A stretch of DNA of 30,567 bases. It comes from Candidatus Ventricola intestinavium (GTDB lineage Bacteria; Bacillota; Clostridia; Christensenellales; Aristaeellaceae). The stretch covers positions 1 to 30,567 of the forward strand of contig DVMG01000198.1 of assembly GCA_018715105.1 (NCBI GenBank). The letters are read 5' to 3'. The notes beneath the pieces are model-generated. The model was not told the origin of the DNA, did not search any database, and was given only the letters and a program-made list of their open reading frames with translations. This document shows positions 11,036 through 20,449 of this stretch, one piece after another. The position numbers and the translations under genes are program-made. Position 1 is the first letter of the stretch. The number at the start of each line of letters is the position of its first letter.

Positions 11036-12466
11036 GTGAAAACCTTTTTTCGCGCGCTGGCCGGATGCGCCGCATTCGCCGCTCTATTCGCTTTGATCGT
11101 GCTGCTGGCCAACACATATCTGATTCAGACGGACACCATTACCGCTCTGACGCTTCGGGAGATGCAGGCGCGCGAGGATATCGAGCTGGCCTTTGTCGGC
11201 TCATCCGTCGTGCGCGACCACTTCAACGTGCAGCTCATCACCGAAAAGACGGGGCTGACCGCCTTTAACGTGACCGTGCCCTGTGCATCCATGCCGGCGA
11301 ACATCGCCCTGACCAAAGAGCTCTACCGCACCAACAGCCCGCAATGGGTGGTTCTGGTGGTGGAGCCGTATACCTTTCAAACCCCGCGCGAAGATACTGA
11401 GGCCGAATATAAGCTCATGCCCTTCCTGTCGGATTGGAAAAACCGGCTTGAATATTACCTGCGCCTGTGCGATGAGGACGGCTATTATCTCGACCGCCTG
11501 TTCATCTTCCGGGAGTTTGGCGTCAAATCCCTTCGGGATATCGCCAAAACCGTGGGGCTGCGCCACTGGCCGGAAGAAACCTATGCCTTACTTCAGCCGA
11601 GCATGGATCCCACCGTTTCCTACCAGGGCAGCGGCTTTCTGCGGCATACCACCGATGAGCGCGCCGACGACCTTGTGCGCAAATCGGTCTTCCGTGAATA
11701 TACCGGCTACTATTATGAGCTGTTTGACAAATCCAAGGCCGAGCTGCTTGAATACAAGGCCCTTTGCGAGTCCCACGGCTCCAATCTGCTGATCCTGCTC
11801 TCCCCCAATCTGGCCGCACACGCGCTGGCCGAGCCCGGTTTCCTTGAATATGGTGAGAGCCTGATGCGCTTTTGCCGGGACAACGGCATCGCCTGCTTTA
11901 ATTTTCTCTTCGCCCGCCCCGAATTCATGCCCAGCCTGGATGGATATTATTTCGACCTTTACCACATGGTGGGGGAGGGGGCGGACATTCTGAGCGACGC
12001 ATTTTGCCGCTTCTTCCGCCTGTATACGTCCGGGGAAGACGTAACCTCCCTGTTTTACGAAAACTCGGCCGCGTATCTTGAGTCCATCGACGAGATCACC
12101 AACGCCTGGGTGACGCAGTATGATTCCTCCTGCGCGTGGAACCTCGCCTGGGATCAGGACGAAGCCGCTGTCACCGCCGCCGCGCAGACGCAGGATGTCT
12201 TCATGGCGGACTGCAACCGCGGCACCCTGGTCACGCCGGAATACCGCTTTGTGCGGGTCGAGCCGGACGGCTCGGAGACAATCCTTCAGGATTACAGCAC
12301 CGAAACCCTGTATCTGTGCGCCCCCGGCGAGCTCGACGGACAGACGCTCCGGCTCTACGCCCGCCCGCAGGGGCAGGAAGACGCTCAGCCGGATTGGTTT
12401 GAGCTGACCGTCGGGGAAACCTCCTGCGCCACGCCGGGCGCTCTTGCGCATTCCTCTTCCTCCTGA
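11036..12466 (+). CDS. Membrane-anchored extracellular SGNH/DltD/AlgJ-like acyltransferase
   Basis: GTG start after AGGAGG; N-terminal TM segment; FVGSS nucleophile motif; DLYH (DxxH) motif; directly downstream of the MBOAT gene. Confidence 0.75.
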   Translation: MKTFFRALAGCAAFAALFALIVLLANTYLIQTDTITALTLREMQAREDIELAFVGSSVVRDHFNVQLITEKTGLTAFNVTVPCASMPANIALTKELYRTNSPQWVVLVVEPYTFQTPREDTEAEYKLMPFLSDWKNRLEYYLRLCDEDGYYLDRLFIFREFGVKSLRDIAKTVGLRHWPEETYALLQPSMDPTVSYQGSGFLRHTTDERADDLVRKSVFREYTGYYYELFDKSKAELLEYKALCESHGSNLLILLSPNLAAHALAEPGFLEYGESLMRFCRDNGIACFNFLFARPEFMPSLDGYYFDLYHMVGEGADILSDAFCRFFRLYTSGEDVTSLFYENSAAYLESIDEITNAWVTQYDSSCAWNLAWDQDEAAVTAAAQTQDVFMADCNRGTLVTPEYRFVRVEPDGSETILQDYSTETLYLCAPGELDGQTLRLYARPQGQEDAQPDWFELTVGETSCATPGALAHSSSS

Positions 12467-12596
12467 AACGGGAAGGGAGGAGCCTCCCGTCTTGTGCGCA
12501 TGCAATTTCGGTTTTCAAAAAGCGGTTCTCTTTTGACCGGCATGGGCGTCTTCCCGCCTCCCTGAGAGGAGGAAACAGGCCTTTCCCGGCCGTTTG

Positions 12597-12635
12597 AAGC
12601 CGCCTTTTCCAAATCGGAGAAGGCGGCTTTTTCTT
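12597..12635 (+). terminator. Intrinsic terminator after the SGNH-like gene
   Basis: AAGCCGCCTTTTCC/GGAGAAGGCGGCTT stem followed by a T-tract. Confidence 0.7.
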
Positions 12636-12709
12636 TGCCTTTTCCGCAAAGCGTTTGTGCGGCTCCTTCTTTGCCGCTCCTTCTTTGCGGATTCGCCTGG
12701 CGGCAAGCC

Positions 12710-12738
12710 TTGATTGCCGGCCCGAAATCGCGTATAAT
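12710..12738 (+). promoter_or_regulatory. Sigma-A promoter of the A-domain/decarboxylase/carrier unit
   Basis: TTGATT-17 nt-TATAAT. Confidence 0.75.
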
Positions 12739-12819
12739 AAGGGAGATCTCCCTGAAAAGGGAATCCATGCCTGCGCCGCTTCAGGCACAGGCTTCATTTT
12801 CATCGGGACGGAGTCTTTC

Positions 12820-14367
12820 ATGAAATACCTGATTCTGGATTATCTGGAGGCAACGGCCTCCCGCCTGCCCGAGAAGACGGCGTTTGCCGATGAGCATACG
12901 AGCGTCACATTCGGGCAGTTGGTTCATCGCGCCCGCGCAGTGGGCAGCGCGCTTTTGCCGCTCGTCTCTCCGCGCAGCGTCGTTGGCTTTTATATGGACA
13001 AGTCCGTCCACACGGTCACAGGCTTTATGGGCGCGGTCTATGCGGGTTGCGCATATGCGCAGCTCAATCTGCGCCATCCGCCCGCCCGCATCCGCGCCAT
13101 TCTGGATACGCTTGCAACGCCCGTCGTGGTGACGGACAGGGAGCACGCTCCCGCCCTGAAGCAGACGGGCTTTTCCGGGCGCATTCTGCTCCTGGAGGAG
13201 CTTCTTTCCTCGGCGGCGGATGAGCCGGGCCTTTTATCCGTTCGCCGCAAGATGATTGACACGGATCCCCTTTATGTCAATTTCACCAGCGGGAGCACGG
13301 GAGCGCCCAAAGGCGTGGTTGTCTGCCACCGCAATGTGACCGACTTTATCCCCTGCTTTACCTCCCTTTTTTCCATCACAGAACAGGACACGCTGGCCAA
13401 TCAGGCCCCGTTTGACTTTGATGTGTCGGTGAAGGATCTCTACAGCGGCCTTTTTACGGGCGCGACCGTGCAGATTGTGCCCACGGCCTTTTTCTCCCAG
13501 CCTACAAAGCTCATGGATTTCCTCTGTGAACGCCGGGCTACCGTGCTCGTGTGGGCGGTCAGCGCGCTTTGCTTCCTGACGACGATGAATGCCCTGGCGT
13601 ACAAGACGCCCCAGACGCTGCGCGCCATCCTCTTCTCCGGCGAGGTGATGCCCGTCAAGCACCTGAATAAGCTGAAAAAATACCTGCCCCATGTTCAGTA
13701 TGTCAACCTTTACGGCCCCACGGAGATCACATGCAACTGCACCTATTACATCGTGGATCGCGACTTTTCCGAGCATGAGACGCTGCCCATCGGCGTCCCC
13801 TTCCCCAACGAGCGCGTCCTTTTGCTGGGCGAGGATGGGCATGAAGTGACGGCGCCGGGCGAAACGGGCGAGCTCTGCGTCAGCGGCACGGCCGTCGCGC
13901 TGGGATATTACCGGGATCCGGAGCGCACGGCGGCCAGTTTTGTTCAAAATCCGCTTTCATCCGATCGGTATCGCGATATCCTCTATCGCACCGGCGACCT
14001 CGTCCGCATCAACGAGCGGGGCGAAATGGTCTATGTGTCCCGAAAAGATTTTCAGATCAAGCACATGGGCCACCGCATTGAGCTGGGCGAAATCGAGGCG
14101 CATCTCGGCGCCGTGCCCGGCGTAGAGCGCGCGCTGTGCGTCTATCTGCACGAAAAAGGGAAGATCCTCGCTTTTACCACCGGCCCGGCGGACCGGCAGA
14201 CCATCACCGCCGCGCTGCGCGAAACGCTGCCGGCCTACATGATCCCCAACCTGTTCATGCGGGTGGAGGAAATGCCGCTCAACAAAAACGGCAAGATCGA
14301 CCGGGCCCGGCTCATGGAGCGCTATCAGGCACAAAAGGAGGCACGCCATGGAAACCGCACCGCTTGA
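12820..14367 (+). CDS. Stand-alone amino acid adenylation enzyme (DltA-like, carrier-protein ligase)
   Basis: YVNFTSGSTGAPKGV, FDFDVSV, FSGE, NLYGPTE, YRTGDL, RKDFQIKHMGHRIELGEIE, NKNGKIDR. Confidence 0.95.
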   Translation: MKYLILDYLEATASRLPEKTAFADEHTSVTFGQLVHRARAVGSALLPLVSPRSVVGFYMDKSVHTVTGFMGAVYAGCAYAQLNLRHPPARIRAILDTLATPVVVTDREHAPALKQTGFSGRILLLEELLSSAADEPGLLSVRRKMIDTDPLYVNFTSGSTGAPKGVVVCHRNVTDFIPCFTSLFSITEQDTLANQAPFDFDVSVKDLYSGLFTGATVQIVPTAFFSQPTKLMDFLCERRATVLVWAVSALCFLTTMNALAYKTPQTLRAILFSGEVMPVKHLNKLKKYLPHVQYVNLYGPTEITCNCTYYIVDRDFSEHETLPIGVPFPNERVLLLGEDGHEVTAPGETGELCVSGTAVALGYYRDPERTAASFVQNPLSSDRYRDILYRTGDLVRINERGEMVYVSRKDFQIKHMGHRIELGEIEAHLGAVPGVERALCVYLHEKGKILAFTTGPADRQTITAALRETLPAYMIPNLFMRVEEMPLNKNGKIDRARLMERYQAQKEARHGNRTA

Positions 14368-15532
14368 GGCCATTGTGAAGGCATACGGCACCCCCTGCTT
14401 TGTCTTTGATGAGGCCGCGCTCGCCCGGCGCATGCACGCCGTGCGCGAAATCGTGGGGGAGCGCATGCGCCTGTGTTACTCCGTCAAGGCCAATCCGTTT
14501 CTGATCCCCGCCATGTGCGGCCTGGTGGAAACGCTTGAGGTCTGCAGTCCCGGGGAGCTGGAAATCTGCATGGCGCTTGGCGTCCGGCCGGACGCCATTC
14601 TCTTCTCCGGGGTCAACAAGACCTGGCGGGATGTGGAGCGTGCCATGGACGCGGGGATCACCCGGTTCACGTGCGAATCCCCGCTGCATGTGCGCCTGAT
14701 TGACGAAGCGGCGCAAAGCCGCGGGCGCGTCTATCCGGTGCTGCTGCGGCTGACGGCGGGCTCCCAGTTCGGCATGGACGAGGCCGATCTGCTGGCCGCT
14801 GTTGCAAACCGGTCTGGCACGCCCGGCATCCGCATCGAGGGAATCCACTTCTTTTCCGGCACCCAGCGCAAAAAACTCGACAGCCAGCGCGGGGAGCTCG
14901 CCCTGCTGCGGAACTTCTGCACGCGCCTGAGAGAGGAATACGGCTTTGAGGCGCTGCGCGTGGAATACGGGCCCGGCCTGTATTTTCCCTACTTCGCCCA
15001 TGAAGATGACCGCGATACGCTCGCCCCGCTGCGCGAACTTGCGCCGGATCTGCGCGCGCTGGCTGAAACCTGTGAGCTGACCGTTGAAATGGGCCGCTTC
15101 TTTGTCTCGGAATGCGGCACCTATTTGACACAGGTTGTGGATACCAAGGTCAACTGCGGCACCGCTTACGCGATTGTGGACGGCGGCATCCACCATGTCA
15201 ATTATATCGGCGGCACCATGGGCATGCGTGTGCCGCGCATCACCCATCTTGCCGGTCCGGCGCATGTGCGGGACGATGCGCAGGACTGGACGCTCTGCGG
15301 GAGCCTGTGCACCACGGCGGATGTGCTTGTGCGCCGCGTGAGCCTGCATGGCCTCGTGCCGGGCGATATTCTGGCCTTCCGGAATATCGGCGCTTATGCC
15401 GTGACGGAGAGCCCCGCGCTCTTCCTGAGCCGGGATATGCCCCGCATCCTTTTAAGCGGCGCGGGCGGCGTCCGGCTTTGCCGCGACGCCCTTCCTACAT
15501 CCATACTCAATCAACCGAAAAAGGAGATCTGA
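14348..15532 (+). CDS. Fold-III PLP-dependent decarboxylase (DAP/Orn decarboxylase family)
   Basis: TPCFVFD, YSVKANP (PLP Lys), HFFSGTQ, EMGRFFV, GSLCTTAD, GAY; overlaps the A-domain stop. Confidence 0.88.
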   Translation: METAPLEAIVKAYGTPCFVFDEAALARRMHAVREIVGERMRLCYSVKANPFLIPAMCGLVETLEVCSPGELEICMALGVRPDAILFSGVNKTWRDVERAMDAGITRFTCESPLHVRLIDEAAQSRGRVYPVLLRLTAGSQFGMDEADLLAAVANRSGTPGIRIEGIHFFSGTQRKKLDSQRGELALLRNFCTRLREEYGFEALRVEYGPGLYFPYFAHEDDRDTLAPLRELAPDLRALAETCELTVEMGRFFVSECGTYLTQVVDTKVNCGTAYAIVDGGIHHVNYIGGTMGMRVPRITHLAGPAHVRDDAQDWTLCGSLCTTADVLVRRVSLHGLVPGDILAFRNIGAYAVTESPALFLSRDMPRILLSGAGGVRLCRDALPTSILNQPKKEI

Positions 15533-15534
15533 TC

Positions 15535-15765
15535 ATGAAAGAAACCATCCTGAGCATTCTTGCCGACATCGTGGAGGAGGAGAATCTGGCCACCTGTACC
15601 ACGCTGATCGACGACGGCATCCTTTCCTCGCTGGATATCATCCAGCTCATCGGCGCGCTTAACGACGAATTCGATCTCTCCATCCCCGCCACCGAAATCG
15701 TGCCGGATAATTTCAACAGCGTGGACGCCATGGCGCGCATGGTTGCGCGCCTGACGGAGGAATAA
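15535..15765 (+). CDS. Acyl/aminoacyl carrier protein (DltC-like)
   Basis: 76 aa, acidic; GILSSLDII with Ppant Ser32; PDNFNSV tail; starts 2 bp after the decarboxylase stop. Confidence 0.92.
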   Translation: MKETILSILADIVEEENLATCTTLIDDGILSSLDIIQLIGALNDEFDLSIPATEIVPDNFNSVDAMARMVARLTEE

Positions 15766-15818
15766 GCATTTCATTCCGCGCGGTTTTCCCTCTGCGCTTC
15801 CTGTCATCCCCGTATGCC

Positions 15819-15862
15819 AAAAGGCCGCCTTCTCTCCCCAAGCGGAGGAAGACGGCCTTTTT
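15819..15862. terminator. Probable bidirectional terminator between the carrier gene and the PHP gene
   Basis: AAAAGGCCGCCTTC/GAAGACGGCCTTTT stem with A and T flanks. Confidence 0.7.
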
Positions 15863-16123
15863 CTCTTTGCTTTTCCAGGCGGCGTCCCGCACGCGCAATT
15901 TCCAGCGCTCTTCCCTGTTTTATACGGTTCTCCGATAAAAACGAGCAGCCGGCGCGAAGCGAAGACGGGGTTGGGGGCTAAAGTTCCCAGGCAGGTTGGG
16001 GCGACAGCCCAACGTTTTTCCTCATCGAAGCACAATATGCAAGCATCGCACAGGTGCCGAAGGCGGCCCCTGCGCTTCCGACAGCGCAGCTTTCAAAAGC
16101 TTTCCATGAAACGGAGAACCGCA

Positions 16124-16951
16124 TTACAGCCCAACCGGCACGAAGGTCTTCTTTCCACCCTGCTCCTCAAGCTGCCAGATCTCCCGAAAACCGCATGCAA
16201 GCGCAAGCGCTCGCGCCTGCTCAAAGCCGAAGGCCACGGCTTCCACCCCGTGCGCATCCGCGCTCACCGTCACCCTGCCGCCCATTCGCGCAATCTCCCG
16301 CAGCAGCGCCCGGGAAGGATAGGGCGTGGTGCGCCATCCGCGGCTGATTGCGCCGGTATTGATCTCAAAGATCTTTTCCTCCGCCACAAGCGCCTCCAGC
16401 GCGCGCAGCGCTGCCCTTCTGTAAGCCGGGCTGTTCTCATCAAAGAAACCGTGCCGCTCGTTAAACTTGGTGATCAGGTCCACATGTCCCACCACATCGA
16501 CCTCCGGCACACGGGCAAGGCGTTCCACCTGCTCATAATACAGGCCTGCGGCCGCGTTGGCATCGCCGCCAAAATACAGGCGCAAAATCCTCTGCGTCGC
16601 CTGAGGGGATTCATCCACCGCGAAAAAGCCGCCGTCCGCGGGCAGATGGTGCACCGAGCCGATCACATAGTCAAAGGCGGATCGATCCACAGGCTCGCAG
16701 AGCACATCCCACTCGACACCCGCATACACACGAATTTCGCCGGCATACGCCTCCCGCAGCCGGCGCATTTCACGAAGAAACGAGGGGATCTCCTCCCGGC
16801 GGGCCGCCCACGGCGTTTCAAAAGGCAGCGGGCCGTGCAGGCTGAGCCCCACGCTCGTCAGCCCTGCCGCCTGAGAGGCCCGCACCATTTCCTCCGGCGT
16901 GTTCTTTCCATCATCAAATGTACAGTGCGCGTGCAGGTTCTGCGCGACCAT
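16124..16951 (-). CDS. PHP-family phosphatase (HisJ/HisK histidinol-phosphatase-like)
   Basis: NLHAHCTFDDG, DYVIGSVH, GHVDL, FEINTG, SADAH; GGAGG RBS before ATG 16951. Confidence 0.88.
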   Translation of the reverse strand: MVAQNLHAHCTFDDGKNTPEEMVRASQAAGLTSVGLSLHGPLPFETPWAARREEIPSFLREMRRLREAYAGEIRVYAGVEWDVLCEPVDRSAFDYVIGSVHHLPADGGFFAVDESPQATQRILRLYFGGDANAAAGLYYEQVERLARVPEVDVVGHVDLITKFNERHGFFDENSPAYRRAALRALEALVAEEKIFEINTGAISRGWRTTPYPSRALLREIARMGGRVTVSADAHGVEAVAFGFEQARALALACGFREIWQLEEQGGKKTFVPVGL

Positions 16952-16974
16952 GCTCGTCCTCCCGCTCTTCAAGA

Positions 16975-17274
16975 TCAGCGCGCGTCCTCCTCGTTCTGAA
17001 GGCGATTCAAAACCATGCGATAGCCGCCCGGCCCATAGTCAAGGCACCGCTTCACCCGGCCGATGGTGGCCGAACTCACTCCCGTGGCCTCCGCCACCTG
17101 CTGATAAGAACTCCCGGCATCCAGCTGCCGGGCAATCTCAAGGCGTTGTCCGAAGTCGCGCACCTCTTTGTTGGTGCACAGATCCTCAAAATAGCGATAG
17201 CATTCCTCCACGCTCTCAAGCGCCAGGATCGAACGGAAGAGTGTGTCGGTCTGTTCGTCTCTTCTTAAGCTCAT
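16975..17274 (-). CDS. yerC: YerC/YecD TrpR-like transcriptional regulator
   Basis: EECYRYFEDLCT, QRLEIA, TGVSSATIGRVKRCLDYG; GAGGTG RBS. Confidence 0.92.
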   Translation of the reverse strand: MSLRRDEQTDTLFRSILALESVEECYRYFEDLCTNKEVRDFGQRLEIARQLDAGSSYQQVAEATGVSSATIGRVKRCLDYGPGGYRMVLNRLQNEEDAR

Positions 17275-17304
17275 CGTGCTCACCTCAACGCGTTTCATAA
17301 GGTA

Positions 17305-17333
17305 ATCATATCATGGCTTGTATCGAAAAGCAA
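17305..17333 (-). promoter_or_regulatory. Sigma-A promoter of yerC-PHP
   Basis: TTGCTT-17 nt-TATGAT with extended -10. Confidence 0.6.
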
Positions 17334-17406
17334 GAGACCGCCTTCCTTTCCCCGGCCGAATTCCGCTTTGCCCGGGCGGCCGTGCAAGCCGAAAGGATGG
17401 GGGCGC

Positions 17407-17438
17407 AAAAGAAGGGCGGGAAAAATCCTTTCCCGCCC
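17407..17438 (-). terminator. Intrinsic terminator of gdhA
   Basis: GGGCGGGAAA/TTTCCCGCCC stem followed by TTCTTTT on the minus strand. Confidence 0.8.
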
Positions 17439-17450
17439 CGTCATCAAGCC

Positions 17451-18864
<1,414 letters not shown>

Positions 18865-19013
18865 GTGTTTTTTGATGTTTCTTCGATTTCTACTTTTATC
18901 ACACGTTAAATACAGTCGATTTGCATAATCGAATTCCATCTCTCCCGTAATCGACAATTTTCTCCCCAGCAGGCGTGGCTTCCTCTTTTTCTGCGCGCTC
19001 TCCGCCCTGGATG

Positions 19014-20447
19014 TCATGCCTTCAGCGCGCGCATCAGCGCCTCCCGAATGCGCTTGGGATCCGGCTTGCCCTGGAAGGCTTTCATGGCCTGGCCGATGAG
19101 GAAGCCGAGCGCCTTCTCGTTTCCCGCGCGATAGGCATCCGCATCGTTCCGGCAGCGGCTGAGCACCTCTTCAACCGCCTTGCGATAGACGCCGTCCTCC
19201 TGAACCGTTTCAAGCCCGTGTGCCCTCACATAGCCCTCGATATCCTCCCCGCCCTGAAAAGCATAGGCAAACGCCTCCCGCGCGCTCTGGCGGCTGACGC
19301 GCCCTTCCGCCACCATCGCCACGAGGGTGCCCAGCGCTTCACCGGTGATTTCAAGTGCTTCCGGCATCACCTGTCTCTCCTTCATCATGGCCATCATCTC
19401 GCCCATGATCCAGCCTGCCGTCTCCCTCGGATGCCCGCACACGGCAACGGCGCGCTCAAACAGATCTGCCACGGGCTTTTCCGCGGTGATCTGATTCGCC
19501 TCATACTCACTCAGGGCAAACGTCTGCTGATAGCGCTGTGCCTTCGCCTGCGCGAGCTCCGGCTGGCGGTCCCGAACCTGGGCCAGCCACGCTTCCGAAA
19601 TCTCAACCGGCGGCAGATCGGGTTCCGGAAAATAGCGGTAATCCTGCGCGTTTTCCTTGGAGCGCATGGCAAAGGAGGTGCCTTTGTTGTCGTCCCATCG
19701 CCGTGTCTGCTGGAGGACGCGCCCGCCGTCCTGGATACATTCCACCTGCCGGCGGAATTCGCCCTCGATGGCCCTTGCGATGGCCTTAAAACTGTTCAGG
19801 TTTTTCATCTCCGTGCGGGTGCCCAGCTCTTTTTGACCGGCCGGGCGCACGGAAAGATTCACATCCGCGCGCAGAGAACCTTCCTGCATCCGGCAATCGG
19901 ACACGCCGATGTACTGCAGCGTCTGGCGCAGCGTTGTCAGATAGGCGATGGCTTCCTCTGCAGAGCGCATATCCGGCTCGGAGACGATTTCAAGGAGCGG
20001 CACGCCGCAGCGGTTGTAATCCACCAGCGTCTTATCAAGCCAGGGATCGTGCAGAAGCTTGCCGGCATCCTCTTCCATATGAATTTCATGGATGCCGATC
20101 TCCTTTTCCCCCGCCGCGGTGCGGATGTGCACATGCCCGTTTCGGCAGATGGGCAGATACAGCTGGCTGACCTGATACGCTTTGGGCAGATCCGGATAAA
20201 AGTAATTCTTCCGGTCAAACTTGCTCACGCGCGTGATCGCACAGTTTGTCGCCAGCCCGGCAGCCATGGCAAATTCCACCACGCGCCGGTTGAGCACGGG
20301 GAGCGTGCCGGGCATGCCCGTGCAAATCGGGCACGTGTGCGTGTTGGGCACGCCTCCAAAGCGCGTCGTGCATCCGCAGAAGATCTTGGTGCGGGTTGAA
20401 AGCTCCACGTGCACCTCCAGCCCGATGACCATCTCATACGCCGCCAT
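19014..20447 (-). CDS. gatB: Asp-tRNA(Asn)/Glu-tRNA(Gln) amidotransferase subunit B
   Basis: IGLEVHVEL, RKNYFYPDLPK, HMEEDAGK, EGSLRADVN, YRYFPEPDL. Confidence 0.98.
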   Translation of the reverse strand: MAAYEMVIGLEVHVELSTRTKIFCGCTTRFGGVPNTHTCPICTGMPGTLPVLNRRVVEFAMAAGLATNCAITRVSKFDRKNYFYPDLPKAYQVSQLYLPICRNGHVHIRTAAGEKEIGIHEIHMEEDAGKLLHDPWLDKTLVDYNRCGVPLLEIVSEPDMRSAEEAIAYLTTLRQTLQYIGVSDCRMQEGSLRADVNLSVRPAGQKELGTRTEMKNLNSFKAIARAIEGEFRRQVECIQDGGRVLQQTRRWDDNKGTSFAMRSKENAQDYRYFPEPDLPPVEISEAWLAQVRDRQPELAQAKAQRYQQTFALSEYEANQITAEKPVADLFERAVAVCGHPRETAGWIMGEMMAMMKERQVMPEALEITGEALGTLVAMVAEGRVSRQSAREAFAYAFQGGEDIEGYVRAHGLETVQEDGVYRKAVEEVLSRCRNDADAYRAGNEKALGFLIGQAMKAFQGKPDPKRIREALMRALKA

Positions 20448-20449
20448 GT

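Noticed and set aside
14348-15532. Annotation as housekeeping lysA
   Set aside because: It is embedded between the A-domain and carrier genes with divergent motifs (EYGPG instead of GGG, HFFSGTQ); family membership is supported but lysine biosynthesis is not.
9354-15765. Annotation as a canonical dltABCD operon or an NRPS
   Set aside because: Gene order, AlgI-type MBOAT, non-DltA pocket and the extra decarboxylase differ from dlt; no condensation or thioesterase domain is present.
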